Part shown: positions 1 to 11,338 of the stretch, one piece after another
How positions within the stretch are numbered: position 1 is the first letter of the stretch
How the letters are laid out: each line of letters begins with the position of its first letter
Source of the DNA: a virus
Taxonomy: Duplodnaviria > Caudoviricetes
Strand: one strand, 5' to 3'
DNA: 64,000 nucleotides
Virus record (IMG/VR): IMGVR_UViG_3300031853_000029
Coordinates: 6,657 to 70,656 of that record
The notes under the pieces: generated by a model
The model's database searches: none
Seen by the model: only the letters and a program-made list of their open reading frames with translations
What the model was told of the DNA's origin: nothing
Position numbers and translations under genes: made by a program

Positions 1-68
1 ATCGAACCGGCTATGAGGCCGCTGTTCCAGGGATTTGCCGATGATATTTGGAAGGAGGTAATGCGGAC

Positions 69-3000
69 ATGAGTTCGAACAACACAGAAACCAGAATTCT
101 GCAGATGCAGCTGGAAAACAAAGATTTCGAAGACGGCGTCCGACAGACAATCAAAAGTCTAGAGGATCTGGAAGAGAAACTGAATCTGAAGAATGCCGGG
201 GACGGGTTTGAGAAAGTAAGTACCGCTGCCAACTCCGTTCAGATGAGCCATCTGGAAAGCGGAATCGATGCTGTGACCAACAAGTTTACCCTGATGGGTC
301 AAATTGGTCTTCAGGCTTTGGAGCGGATCAGCAGCAAGGTTTTGGATACCGGTGAGAAGATTCTTCGTGCGGCCACCGTTCAGCCGATGATTGATGGCTG
401 GGGCGAGTTTGAGATGAAGACGAACTCCGTTCAGACGATTCTCGGCGGTATCCGAAACCAATTTGAAGATCAGCCGACGGCAATTAACGCCATCAGCGAT
501 TCCCTGAATGAACTGAATGAATACGCCGACAAGACTATCTATAACTTCGCCCAAATGACGGAAAATGTCGGCAAATTCACCAACCAGGGAATCGGATTGG
601 AAGAATCAACCAACGCCATCAAGGGTATCGCCAACTGGGCCGCTGCTGTTGGCGCAAACCCGGAGCAGATGAGCAGGGCGATGTATAACATCAGCCAGTC
701 GCTGGGCGCGGGCAGCATGCAGCTGATTGACTGGCGAAGCATTCGTTTCGCCAACATGGCTACGCCTGAAGTCAAGAATCTTTTCGCCGAAGTGGCAAAG
801 AGATACGGGGACGGCCAGATCGATAAGGACGGGAACGTTAAAATTGGCAAAAAGAAAGTCAATATTCTTGACGATTTCGAAAGCTCTCTGAAGGCCGGCT
901 GGTTGACGAATGATGTTATGGCAGAGGCGTTTGCTATTTACGCCAACGCTTTCAGCGAAGAGGAACTGATCGATAGATACGGCGAGGAGCTTGGCAAAAA
1001 GTTCCACGAAATGGGCGTTTATGCCGAAGAAGCCGCTACCAAAGTCCGCACCTTCAGCCAGTTACTCGGCGTATTGCAGGAATCTCTTGGTTCCGGATGG
1101 GCCAACACCTTTGAAATACTGTTTGGCGGGTTTGAGCAGCAGACGGCGTTTCTGACGGCTATTAAGAATAAAATCGAAGAAATCATCAACTTCCAGACCT
1201 ATGACAGGAACAGTTGGCTGCAGAAGTTCAGTGATATCGGCGGCGTCGTTGTCTTCCAGGAGACAATTCTGAAGACGATCGACATTCTGAAAGATTTCTA
1301 CTGGGTGTTTAGTGACGTGCTCGCACTTATATTTAACCCATTCGGAAAAAGCACGTCCAATATACTCGACGGAATCTTCGGTTCCAGAGAGCAGGGTTAT
1401 ACCGATCTGCCGACCACTTGGGAAAGTGTGAAGGGCGTTTTTGATGACATTTACAGTACGCTTGACCGGTTCCATAAGTGGATGGAGACCGCAGACGAAA
1501 ATAGCGGACGCTCCCCTATCCGGAATCTCGCCAACGCGCTCAGCGGCGTGGCTGGAGCGGCTGGAATCGCCGCGAAGGTTATAACCGGATTCGGAAAGCT
1601 CGTTTTCCGCCTGGTCAAACGCTTCAAGCCGCTCGTAAGCTCCGTGCTGGATCTGTTCGGACAAATTGGCGCCGCGATTTACAACCTGTACTATAACCTG
1701 ACGGGACAGCAGAGCATTGAAAAGATATTTGACAAGATCGAGGGCGCTATCGGACCAGCTATCGATCTTGTTGTCGGGCTTGCGTCGGCAGTCGTCGATC
1801 TAGTCCACAGTTTTCTCGGGATCGATGCTGCTGCGGACGACTGGACAGTTCTCGGTGATCGGATAAGGGCGTTCTTTAAAATCTTTACTTATGATCCAAA
1901 TCTTGATTTTGTCACTAATCTGAAGAACAGTCTGAAGAAAGCTCTGGTCGCTGTCTTTGGCGAGGATACTGCTAAAAGTTTGAAACAGTCTTTTGACGAA
2001 AACGTCGCTCCGGTGCTAGATCAGATCAGCGTGTTCTTCGAGAACGCGTTTGGAGATCTTAATCGGGTTATCAATGGACTGCAGAAAGCAGCTGAGGCCG
2101 ATTACAGCCAGGGTAACGGTTTCGAAACGTTCTTAGCAGCCTTTCTTAGAGGGTATCACGGAGAGGACGTCAAAGGCGCCGAAGATGCGTTCAATAATAT
2201 TTTCGGTGTTTATCAACAAATCCAGACGTATTATGACAAAAACGTTGCACCTTATGTTCAGTCCTTGTCCGATGTTTTCACAAAGACACTGCCTGAGTTA
2301 AACACCAAAATTAAAGAATTCCTCTTCGGCGAGGAAACCACAGTCATCACGGGACCGGGCAACGCTTTCTCCTATCGTACCGGAGGTCTGTTACAGACCA
2401 TTGAAGGCTATTTCATAGGCGACGACTGGCAGAAAACGCTTGATTCCATTACAGGAGTTATCGACTCGATCATCACCGAAATCGGAAAGGCGTGGAACAA
2501 GTTTTATTCGTTCCTCTTCGGCGAGGAAACCACGGTCATCACGGGACCTGGCAACGCTTTTTCTTACCGTCAAGGAGGCCTGCTACAGACGGTGCAGGAC
2601 TATTTTGGCGGCGAAGATTGGGTGGAAACGTGGGCCATTATTCAGAGCGCCTTCGAGCAGGTTAGCGGATGGATCACGACAACCGGCGAGGCTGCCATGA
2701 AAACCATCATGGATTTTCTCTTCGGCGAAGAAACCACCGTTGTTACCGGTCCTGGGCAGACTTTCATGCATCGTACAGGCGGGGCATATGACGATGCGCT
2801 CACCTTCTTAGACCCAGTGTTCGACTGGCTTAAAGAGAAGGGCGAATATCTATACGATTACATCACAACCCACGACTTTAATCAAATGTGGCAGGGGCTG
2901 AATGAGCTTCTGTTCGGCTATAACACGACCGTTGTTACCGGACCTGGTCAGACATTTACCAACCATACGGATGGGTTGTTGACACCCGTTATTGAAATGC

Positions 3001-6000
3001 TTCGGCCGATTGCTGATGTATTCGAGCAGATAAAAGGCTGGGCTTTAGAGAAGATCGGCAATATTGATTTTTCCGGAATATGGGATGCTATCGGGAAATT
3101 CTTTAGCGGTTACGATGAAGTAGTAGGTATCTATTACGACGGAAGTGGAAGGCATGAAGATGTCGTGCACCACGACAGCCTGTTCGAGAAAATTTCCGGA
3201 TTCTTCGATCGGCTTATTGACTTTTTCCAGAGCCCTGAATTTCAGGAGTTCCTCGGAAACGTCAAAACATTTTATCATACGTATATTGAGCCTGTGCTCA
3301 GCTGGATCAACGGACTAGGCGGCGAAATCTGGACTGCCGTTCAGGGCATTTTCGCTGGAAATGGATTCGGAGCACTCGAAGGCGTTGGGAATTATATTTC
3401 TGAAGGTGTCAATAAGCTGATCGCGAATATTTTCCCCAATGGATTTGATCTTGGCGGAATATTTGGTGAAGGATTTGATCTTAGCAAGATTCTTGGAGGT
3501 TTACTTGGCGGAAATAAGGGAACTCAGCAGGCTTCCGGTGAACAGAGCTCCGGTTCGGGAGGGATTCTTGATTGGATCGCCAGCCTACTTTTCGGCAAGG
3601 CAGAAGCTGCTGAAGCGGATTCCGCTACTATCACGGATGCTTCAAACAACGTTATCGCTGTTTTGGACCAAGCTGAAAGCAGCGTAGAAACCGCTGCTAA
3701 TCAAGGAACAGAAACATCCAATTCTATTCTGGATTCGGTTTCAAGGTTGCTTCCTTATATCGGAGCAGCTGCCGGTATGGGAATTGTCGGTAAAGTCGGG
3801 GACGTAATTACTGGAATCACAGGCAACAGAAAACCGACTATTATCGAACAAATCGGCGATCTTATTCTCTCATTTGGTGAAGTTTTCAAGGGACTCGGGA
3901 TTGTTATCGCCGCAGCAGGGTTTTCTGAATGGGTAAGTCCGGGCGCTATTGATAAAGTCTTCGGACATATTTCGAGTTTGCTAGATAAGATATTCGGATG
4001 GATTTCCGGAATATCTGCTGGCGGAAAGTTGCTTGATTTCTTATCAAATATCGGCGGAAACTATCTGACGAATAAGACGTTCGGGGCCGACGGTTCCAAA
4101 GTCGCACAGTCCACCAATTTCGATAAGGTATCGTCCATTATTTCTTCCATCGGGGCTGGCATCAGCGGTCTCTTCAGCGGTCTGCAGACCATGTATAACC
4201 TTGTTTGGGAAGTCATGGCTGCTGACTGGATCATGGGCGTCGACGAAAATGGTGTTTATAATTTCGATAAGAGATTAGACCGTGTTCTGGGCTTTATTGG
4301 CAAAGTTTTATGGACGGTTCTCGGAAACGAAACGCTAATTACTATTCTCAGTGTCGGTCAAAACGTTGGGACAGCTTGGCTTTCAAAGGTGTTTAAAGTC
4401 GAATCGCAAACAGAATCTATTGCTAAAATATTCGCAAGTCTTGGGGCGTTCATTTCCGGATTGGGAGACGGGATTGCGGCAATGATGTCGGCGTCAATCG
4501 TGCCGGGCATCCTTGGTATAGACACGGATAAACTTGTTAATATTATCAACGCAGTGGTAACAGCGTTGGGCTCTTTAACTTTTATCACCGAGATAGGCAC
4601 TTTAACGTCTTTGCTGGGGGATAAAGCCGGGTGGGAAGCGTTTAAAGCTTTGGCCCTTGCCGGTGGCGGACTGGCCCTTGCGCTTGAAGCGATAGGCGTC
4701 GTCGCAGCAAGTCTTGTCACGTGGTATATGAGCATCGTTTCCGAAGGGCTCACGACCATGGGTCCGGCTATTTATACTTTCATGTCCAATCTGTCCGGCG
4801 TGCTACAGATGATCGCCTCTCTCGGCGAGACACAGCTCGGTTCCGCAGAAAAACTGCTTTCTGAGGATTTACCAAGAGTGCTCGGTTATATCAATGAAGA
4901 GAATTTGAAGATTGATAAAACCGTAATGAACGAAACCGGCACCATGTTCAGGGATTTCGGGAATCGAATCATAGTCGGTATTGAGTCCCTTGCAAAAGCT
5001 AAAGATATTTTTGACAAGTATAATGATGGAAGCGGGAACGGCTTCCCTATCGAGTTCTTCCGGGAAATGACCGAGGCGCTTCAGTACCTGCAGGGTGACG
5101 GAATTAAAGAATTGTACGACAGCGTATTTGGCCAGAACGGATTCTTCGTCGGAAACGGCGGCAATGAAGAACAGAACCTTGATGGACTAAATACTTTCTT
5201 CAATACACTCGGCAGCCTGGGGTATGTAATTACCGAGTACAGCGAATCGGACATTGGTGCCAACCTGGTCAGATCCGGAACGAAGGTTGAAACGACAAAG
5301 GAAGGCCTCGATGCTTTCCAGGACGCATTCGCCGGAGTTCAGAGTTCTTTCCATTTGCTTATGACTGACATTTCCAACGAGGGCTTTGATATCAAAAAGA
5401 TCGAGTCTCTTGGGGATTTTATTAAAAAGATAGCAGAAGCTGGCAAAACTTTTGCGGATACTTTTTACTACGAAAGCAAGTTCACAAAGATGTACGAAAG
5501 CACATCCCCAGTTACCCAATTCGCTGGTTGGCTACAGAGTATGGGCACTGGCGTGCGCCAGCTGAACGACAGCCTGAAAACGGGCGACAAATACGACATC
5601 AATTATACGCAGCTTGAATCGGCGTTGAAGTCTCTGCTACCGATGACCGAAATCGAGAAAACGATTTACGAGTATTCGAAGCTTACAAAAGAGAACGGCG
5701 ATTTTATCAGCAGCGATCACGATTTCATGTCCAATACTCAGGACTGGATCGATGCCGTTCTTCCGAGAATGACCAGTATCGGCACCGGATTGCACAATAT
5801 GGCCGCTGAAATCAAGCCCGAAGATGTCACCGCTCTGACGAGTTCATCCGGTGCCCTGACCAGCCTCGCCAGTTTCATGAGTCAGGATTTGTATCCAGAC
5901 ATTCAAACGATGAGCACTGAGCAGATTAGCGGGTATGCTTCTGTGTTTGGAGATCTTAAAAAGAGCCTGCTAATGCCGGAGGATGGTAAAAACACCATCG

Positions 6001-6416
6001 CGGACACAATTCAGCAGATTATGACCGCTACCGGCGGCAACGAAATCGAAATGACAATCACTCCTGTCATCGACGACACGACCCCCGGTGGAAAACTGCT
6101 CAGCAGTATTCAGTCTGGAGACGGATACGGCAGTTTGATCAGTATGCAAATGACTTCAGAAGATGTTCAGGGTAGCATAAACGATGCTATCTCGTCCATC
6201 CATGAAGTCAATCAGAGCATCGTCAATCTGATGGAACGCGTATCGATCGAAAATGCGCAAAACATGAATGCTATCAACAGTCTTGGTGAAGACATTAACA
6301 ACGTGGCGACCGCAATCAGCCGAATGCAGATCTATCTCGACACAGGCGTTATTGCCGGGGCTGTCGACGAAGAACTTGGCATCCGAATGCTTCTGGCCGG
6401 ACGAACCGGTGGCTAA
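69..6416 (+). CDS. Tail tape measure protein (~2115 aa)
   Basis: Very long helical Ala/Gly/Leu-rich ORF; tape-measure-type N-terminal domain (LNELNEYADKTIYNFAQMTENVGKF...AIKGIANWAA); periodic W/F; precedes tail genes; start placed at ATG 69 after GGAGG. Confidence 0.9.
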   Translation: MSSNNTETRILQMQLENKDFEDGVRQTIKSLEDLEEKLNLKNAGDGFEKVSTAANSVQMSHLESGIDAVTNKFTLMGQIGLQALERISSKVLDTGEKILRAATVQPMIDGWGEFEMKTNSVQTILGGIRNQFEDQPTAINAISDSLNELNEYADKTIYNFAQMTENVGKFTNQGIGLEESTNAIKGIANWAAAVGANPEQMSRAMYNISQSLGAGSMQLIDWRSIRFANMATPEVKNLFAEVAKRYGDGQIDKDGNVKIGKKKVNILDDFESSLKAGWLTNDVMAEAFAIYANAFSEEELIDRYGEELGKKFHEMGVYAEEAATKVRTFSQLLGVLQESLGSGWANTFEILFGGFEQQTAFLTAIKNKIEEIINFQTYDRNSWLQKFSDIGGVVVFQETILKTIDILKDFYWVFSDVLALIFNPFGKSTSNILDGIFGSREQGYTDLPTTWESVKGVFDDIYSTLDRFHKWMETADENSGRSPIRNLANALSGVAGAAGIAAKVITGFGKLVFRLVKRFKPLVSSVLDLFGQIGAAIYNLYYNLTGQQSIEKIFDKIEGAIGPAIDLVVGLASAVVDLVHSFLGIDAAADDWTVLGDRIRAFFKIFTYDPNLDFVTNLKNSLKKALVAVFGEDTAKSLKQSFDENVAPVLDQISVFFENAFGDLNRVINGLQKAAEADYSQGNGFETFLAAFLRGYHGEDVKGAEDAFNNIFGVYQQIQTYYDKNVAPYVQSLSDVFTKTLPELNTKIKEFLFGEETTVITGPGNAFSYRTGGLLQTIEGYFIGDDWQKTLDSITGVIDSIITEIGKAWNKFYSFLFGEETTVITGPGNAFSYRQGGLLQTVQDYFGGEDWVETWAIIQSAFEQVSGWITTTGEAAMKTIMDFLFGEETTVVTGPGQTFMHRTGGAYDDALTFLDPVFDWLKEKGEYLYDYITTHDFNQMWQGLNELLFGYNTTVVTGPGQTFTNHTDGLLTPVIEMLRPIADVFEQIKGWALEKIGNIDFSGIWDAIGKFFSGYDEVVGIYYDGSGRHEDVVHHDSLFEKISGFFDRLIDFFQSPEFQEFLGNVKTFYHTYIEPVLSWINGLGGEIWTAVQGIFAGNGFGALEGVGNYISEGVNKLIANIFPNGFDLGGIFGEGFDLSKILGGLLGGNKGTQQASGEQSSGSGGILDWIASLLFGKAEAAEADSATITDASNNVIAVLDQAESSVETAANQGTETSNSILDSVSRLLPYIGAAAGMGIVGKVGDVITGITGNRKPTIIEQIGDLILSFGEVFKGLGIVIAAAGFSEWVSPGAIDKVFGHISSLLDKIFGWISGISAGGKLLDFLSNIGGNYLTNKTFGADGSKVAQSTNFDKVSSIISSIGAGISGLFSGLQTMYNLVWEVMAADWIMGVDENGVYNFDKRLDRVLGFIGKVLWTVLGNETLITILSVGQNVGTAWLSKVFKVESQTESIAKIFASLGAFISGLGDGIAAMMSASIVPGILGIDTDKLVNIINAVVTALGSLTFITEIGTLTSLLGDKAGWEAFKALALAGGGLALALEAIGVVAASLVTWYMSIVSEGLTTMGPAIYTFMSNLSGVLQMIASLGETQLGSAEKLLSEDLPRVLGYINEENLKIDKTVMNETGTMFRDFGNRIIVGIESLAKAKDIFDKYNDGSGNGFPIEFFREMTEALQYLQGDGIKELYDSVFGQNGFFVGNGGNEEQNLDGLNTFFNTLGSLGYVITEYSESDIGANLVRSGTKVETTKEGLDAFQDAFAGVQSSFHLLMTDISNEGFDIKKIESLGDFIKKIAEAGKTFADTFYYESKFTKMYESTSPVTQFAGWLQSMGTGVRQLNDSLKTGDKYDINYTQLESALKSLLPMTEIEKTIYEYSKLTKENGDFISSDHDFMSNTQDWIDAVLPRMTSIGTGLHNMAAEIKPEDVTALTSSSGALTSLASFMSQDLYPDIQTMSTEQISGYASVFGDLKKSLLMPEDGKNTIADTIQQIMTATGGNEIEMTITPVIDDTTPGGKLLSSIQSGDGYGSLISMQMTSEDVQGSINDAISSIHEVNQSIVNLMERVSIENAQNMNAINSLGEDINNVATAISRMQIYLDTGVIAGAVDEELGIRMLLAGRTGG

Positions 6417-6451
6417 AACAAACCAAAAACAGGAACCAGGAAGTGAAAAGT

Positions 6452-9400
6452 ATGTATAAGGTTACTATTTATGAACGGACGAGTTATCCTGAAGGTGGCC
6501 AAGTGCTGCTGGATACTTCCTCCGGGACCAATGCCGGGATATCAAAAGTGCAGGTGGACTGGGCACTTAACGAAGCTGGAAGTTTCTCTTTCACTATCGT
6601 CAAGTCCCACCCTCTGTATGACTCAATCGAGCCGCTTCGAACATATGTGGATGTTACCGAAGACGGAACGGAAATCTTCTACGGCCGGGTTATCATGGTG
6701 AAAAAGAGCCCTCTCACGGGTACGAAACAGGTTACCTGTGAGGGGGCGTTCGCCTTCTTATTGGACTCCGAGATGCCGGTCGATTCCAGCGAAGTATCGT
6801 ACACCGCGGCAAACTACTTCAAGCACTGCCTGGATGTACACAACCAGAAGATCGAAAACGACGCCGCCAGGAAACTTCTGGCCGGAAACATCACGATCAC
6901 CGACGCCTCCGTTTCAAAGGGGTATAAGAACTCCTCCAGGACCCAAGTTCAGTCCGTTATGAAGAACCAGCTGCTGAACGTTTACGACGGTTTCTTCAGG
7001 GTTCGAAAGAACGGTACGGCGCACTATCTCGATTGGGTCGAGCAGGTCGGTGTCACTAACCCGCAAACAATCCGTATTGCGCAGAATGTTTCCTCAATTT
7101 CTGCAACAGAATCCGGAGAAGATATTTTCACGATCCTATGCCCCAAGGGTAATTCAACTAGCAGCAACAGCAGCGGCATAGAGATTGATCCTATTGTTAT
7201 CTCCAATGAGATGGTTCAAAAGTACGGAAAGATCATGAGGACCGTTTCCTTTGACGCCAACGATGTTGCGACGCTTAGAACCAAAGCGAACAGATACGTT
7301 GAGAAACTGAAAAACCGCCTTACATTAACCGACGACATTGGGTTCGTCGATATGAAATATCTCGACGGAACTTCTCCGATGGTTCATATCGGGGACGTTT
7401 TTACAGGTATAGACGGCTATTCAGGAACAAAGCTCACGGCTTCCAACGTTACACGGGATCTTTTAAACCCCGCAAACGATAAGCTGAGCCTAAAGACCGA
7501 CAAGGATCTGATGTCCACGGCAAATTCGAATGGCTCCAATTCCGGCGGAGGAGGCAGTGGCGGCAAAGGCGGTGGCAGGTCTCGTTCTTTTAGCGGAAGC
7601 AGTTCTAAGCTGTATAAACATATACGAGAAACGACAGACGACCTGTTTCTGGATGCTAAAAACATCGAGATTAGGGCCGATGAGAAAATTTCGAACATCG
7701 CCGGAACGGTAGAGACGCAGGCCGAAACTATAACTAATCTGAGCGGTCGAGTAACCAACCAAGAGGGAAAGTGGACTACGTTCGAGGGAACCGGAATTTA
7801 TCAAAATCGAGAGGCTATTAACACCATGGCCGGTAAATTTCTGGTCGATGAACAGGGCACTCTCGTTTTGAAATCCGGGACGCAGTTTAAAGTATCCGGA
7901 GACGGTACGTCCACAAATGTCGGTCGACTGATTTATGTCGAAGACGGCCGCGTTAAAGACGTCGGGCAGATCGTAAGCTCATACGAAGGATCATATTCTT
8001 ACAACCACGACAACGAGATCGGCGGTATTGTCGGAAGGTATACAGTTCGTACGTATCGAGATCCGGACAACCCGTTTATTGAAGTTATACCGGAGCCCGG
8101 CGCCAATCCGAAAGAGCTTGGGTACTATGAAAGAATCACCCACGGTACCATATCCGATGATGAGTACGTTCTGACCGATGACACGACCGTCGTCAGCGGA
8201 AAAAAGTATTATCTGCCAAATGATGTCGAAGAGGTTATTTTTGATTCCGGCGGCGGATACAAGCTTATGCAGGATGGTGTGGAATACGGCCTATACACTA
8301 ACCGCGACGGCACAACAGAACTGACAGGCGGAATTGTTGTCAATAAGATCAACGACAATGGCGATACAGAGACTAAAATTCTCGGCAAGCATATCGTGGT
8401 CGGAAACGGTCAGACATCCCAGACGCTGGAGCAGTTCAGGAATGACGCTGCAAATCAGGAAGGCGTGTTCGCACAGTATAAGACTGACGTACCAACCATT
8501 CATACCGGAAGCGAGCAGCCTACAGATGCCAAAGAAGGCGAACTGTGGCTGAAGGATGCTCCAGCCAGAACGTGGGAAGACGCAGAAGACGCGCTGACAT
8601 GGGTTGACGATCCCGAATACAACTGGAACGAATTAGGCGGTTCTATTTTGTATGAATATACGTATGCTCGTGTAGCGCAGCCTAAAGGTAATCCTAAGCA
8701 AAAAGGATATTACGAAAAAGACGGCGACGGCAAATACATTCTGACCAAGGATACGAGTGTTGTTTCGGGAAAAAGCTACTACGCACTTGACTGGGTTGAG
8801 AAAATCAACGAAGCAACGCTTGCACAGGACGCCTACGTTTCTGATACCTCTGCGGGATTACACAGAATCTATGCTCAGGTTACGAAAAATGGCGAAGAGG
8901 CCCACGCCTACAGGTCAGAGTGGCAGCAGACCGCCTCCATGTTGTGGAACGACATGGAAGACAGAGCGCAGGAACTTGGGAGCCGGATAGAACAGTCCAC
9001 GACAGAGATCCGTACGGAAGTCCATGCGGCGAAATCCTCACTGTATTCAGAGATCAAGCAGACTGCTACCAACATTGCGCACCATGTAGCGGATGAGAAG
9101 AGGTCAATTTACTCGCACATCGAGCAAACGGCATCGTCCATCAATTCGTCCGTTGCGGATCTTGAGCGCGGCATGTACTCCAACATTCGACAGACTGCCA
9201 GCGAGATCAGAGCGCATGTCAAGGATGTCAAGGAAGGGCTGGAGTCAACACTCACACAGACCGCAAGCGAGATCCGATCCGAAGTCAAGGATACCAAGAA
9301 CGGGCTGGAATCTGAAATCAGTCAGACCGCCGGCGAAATTAGAGCACGAGTAACCAGTGTTGACGAGAACAACCAGAAGCTCGAAGGACGGCTGGACATT

Positions 9401-11086
9401 CAGGATAGTGAAGTTTCTCTGTTGGTCGGAAACAAGGATGGTCGTCCAAAAAGGGTTTATGCTTCACGCAGTGATTTTCCGGAAACCGGAAGCACGTCAT
9501 ACCTGTATTACGATAAATCTACAAAAAAGTATTACGAGTGGAAAAACGGACAGTACGTCCAAACTGATCCCGAGGCATATATCAACGCTGCTGGTATCGT
9601 TGCACGAATCAATGAGGATAAGACAACTGATACCCAAATTTTGGGTACAAGAATTATCATAGGTGAGTTGGATGATAAGGATCTTAATAGTTGGGCAAAA
9701 GACGCAAAAGACGGCAGTGGAGTTTTTACAAAGTTTTTGACTGTCGGGACGTTAACGGCGAGTATATTGAAGAGTAAGATCGCTACTATAACTACGCTTG
9801 AAGCTAAAAACATTGAAATTTATAATGAAGATAATGGCGGTCATCTTTCATGCGGCCCAATAGATTGTGGCGCCATTGACTGTACTTCGATAGAAACAAA
9901 TGCTGGGGCAATTAGTTGTGGCGATATAGATGCCGACAACGTTTCTACGAACGGGCAACAGCTTCGACTTATAGATGCAAAAATAGAAAATAATATCTTA
10001 AAAATAACAAGGTTAAAAGATGACGGGAAAACAGAAACACTGTCTTTTAGCAAGGCTACTTCACTTAGCGGTGCGTGGAGTAGCTCAGACTTGGGAAAAC
10101 TCACCGTAACAGCAAGCCCACAAGGAACCACATACACGGCTCAGATTTATGTCGAAGCGAACGGGAACCCAACAAGGGCCGCACTGGGGAAAGCGCTTTT
10201 GATGCCTGTGAAAATCAGTGCATACATGAACGGTTCAGAAACCCCGTCATCAACCCGATATACAAGTGATGTGCTTGTAAACGCAACGCTTCTTTACAAT
10301 GAGGGCTGGGCGGCGGCTTATGGAAAGGTGACACTACCGTCTGCTGGATCAAACTCTACAATGGTTGTCAAAACTCCTCCGTCTTCTGTTGATGGGAATG
10401 CAACAAATACGATCTATACACTGAGAGCAACCAAAAATGATGCTTATATCAGTACGTACAGTGGGGAGAGTGCCACCAATTATGCCCACATAACGCATAA
10501 TCAGTACAACAACGGTTGGGCGGCGGCTTATGCAAAAGTCACGTTGCCGACAGCGGGTTCAAGCTCAACGATGGTTGTTAAAACTCCCCCATCCACCGTT
10601 GACGGGAATGCGACAAGCACCACTTATACGCTGAGAAGCACGCAAAACGATGCGTATATCAGCATATACAACGGCAATAATGTCACAAACTATGCACACA
10701 TCGCGCATAACCAGTACCAAGAAGGACGAGCCGCCGGGATTATTGCCGGATGGGATGCGGCCTGTGAAAAAATCAGCAGGTTGACGAATACGATCAGAGG
10801 CCCGAAACCCACAAGCGAGAATAACGGAGCTATCGGCGGGGTGAAGAACTACTACACTGCCGCGGCGAATTACAGCCTGAACCAAGGCAGCGCCTGGGGC
10901 AAGGCAAAAGCGCAATACCGCATCGTGACACCCGGAGGAGCCGGATCATGGATTGGCGAGAAAGATTATGACGTTATCGGCGAGTATGAGATCTCCAGCA
11001 ACGTCACGCTTGAGTACAGAGCAACAAATGGCTACTGGGGCTGGAACACTGAGCCGTCCGCTTCAGCGTGGATTACTTGGTCATAA
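6452..11086 (+). CDS. Tail tip / Tal-like central tail and host-specificity protein
   Basis: Directly follows TMP; N-terminal prophage-tail (endopeptidase-like) region (YVDVTEDGTEIFYGRV), 22-aa QTASEI coiled repeats, duplicated C-terminal modules; start ATG 6452 or GTG 6443. Confidence 0.8.
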   Translation: MYKVTIYERTSYPEGGQVLLDTSSGTNAGISKVQVDWALNEAGSFSFTIVKSHPLYDSIEPLRTYVDVTEDGTEIFYGRVIMVKKSPLTGTKQVTCEGAFAFLLDSEMPVDSSEVSYTAANYFKHCLDVHNQKIENDAARKLLAGNITITDASVSKGYKNSSRTQVQSVMKNQLLNVYDGFFRVRKNGTAHYLDWVEQVGVTNPQTIRIAQNVSSISATESGEDIFTILCPKGNSTSSNSSGIEIDPIVISNEMVQKYGKIMRTVSFDANDVATLRTKANRYVEKLKNRLTLTDDIGFVDMKYLDGTSPMVHIGDVFTGIDGYSGTKLTASNVTRDLLNPANDKLSLKTDKDLMSTANSNGSNSGGGGSGGKGGGRSRSFSGSSSKLYKHIRETTDDLFLDAKNIEIRADEKISNIAGTVETQAETITNLSGRVTNQEGKWTTFEGTGIYQNREAINTMAGKFLVDEQGTLVLKSGTQFKVSGDGTSTNVGRLIYVEDGRVKDVGQIVSSYEGSYSYNHDNEIGGIVGRYTVRTYRDPDNPFIEVIPEPGANPKELGYYERITHGTISDDEYVLTDDTTVVSGKKYYLPNDVEEVIFDSGGGYKLMQDGVEYGLYTNRDGTTELTGGIVVNKINDNGDTETKILGKHIVVGNGQTSQTLEQFRNDAANQEGVFAQYKTDVPTIHTGSEQPTDAKEGELWLKDAPARTWEDAEDALTWVDDPEYNWNELGGSILYEYTYARVAQPKGNPKQKGYYEKDGDGKYILTKDTSVVSGKSYYALDWVEKINEATLAQDAYVSDTSAGLHRIYAQVTKNGEEAHAYRSEWQQTASMLWNDMEDRAQELGSRIEQSTTEIRTEVHAAKSSLYSEIKQTATNIAHHVADEKRSIYSHIEQTASSINSSVADLERGMYSNIRQTASEIRAHVKDVKEGLESTLTQTASEIRSEVKDTKNGLESEISQTAGEIRARVTSVDENNQKLEGRLDIQDSEVSLLVGNKDGRPKRVYASRSDFPETGSTSYLYYDKSTKKYYEWKNGQYVQTDPEAYINAAGIVARINEDKTTDTQILGTRIIIGELDDKDLNSWAKDAKDGSGVFTKFLTVGTLTASILKSKIATITTLEAKNIEIYNEDNGGHLSCGPIDCGAIDCTSIETNAGAISCGDIDADNVSTNGQQLRLIDAKIENNILKITRLKDDGKTETLSFSKATSLSGAWSSSDLGKLTVTASPQGTTYTAQIYVEANGNPTRAALGKALLMPVKISAYMNGSETPSSTRYTSDVLVNATLLYNEGWAAAYGKVTLPSAGSNSTMVVKTPPSSVDGNATNTIYTLRATKNDAYISTYSGESATNYAHITHNQYNNGWAAAYAKVTLPTAGSSSTMVVKTPPSTVDGNATSTTYTLRSTQNDAYISIYNGNNVTNYAHIAHNQYQEGRAAGIIAGWDAACEKISRLTNTIRGPKPTSENNGAIGGVKNYYTAAANYSLNQGSAWGKAKAQYRIVTPGGAGSWIGEKDYDVIGEYEISSNVTLEYRATNGYWGWNTEPSASAWITWS

Positions 11087-11101
11087 AGAAAGGAGCGCAC
11101 A

Positions 11102-11338
11102 ATGAACACGTTAACCTTGGAGGATGTCCTGCGGAACACAGCCCGGAAGCTGGGAGAGATACGGATGCCTGTCCGGGAGCGAGATGCGATGCTTGCCATA
11201 CAGGATTGCATCTCTGATCTGGCGGCTTGCATCGATGCCATCCAGATGCACGACAAGAAAATGCAGGAACAGACAGCGGTTCAGCCGGAAGAGGTGGAAG
11301 TAAAAGCGGAGGTGGAGGATGGACAGTCCGAGGCTTGA
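11102..11338 (+). CDS. Hypothetical protein, tail module
   Basis: 78-aa ORF with AGGAG RBS, packed between tail tip and glycosyltransferase. Confidence 0.6.
   Translation: MNTLTLEDVLRNTARKLGEIRMPVRERDAMLAIQDCISDLAACIDAIQMHDKKMQEQTAVQPEEVEVKAEVEDGQSEA

Noticed and set aside
10295-10740. Diversity-generating retroelement TR/VR pair in tail tip
   Set aside because: No reverse transcriptase in the window; copies are tandem, in frame and differ at non-adenine positions.
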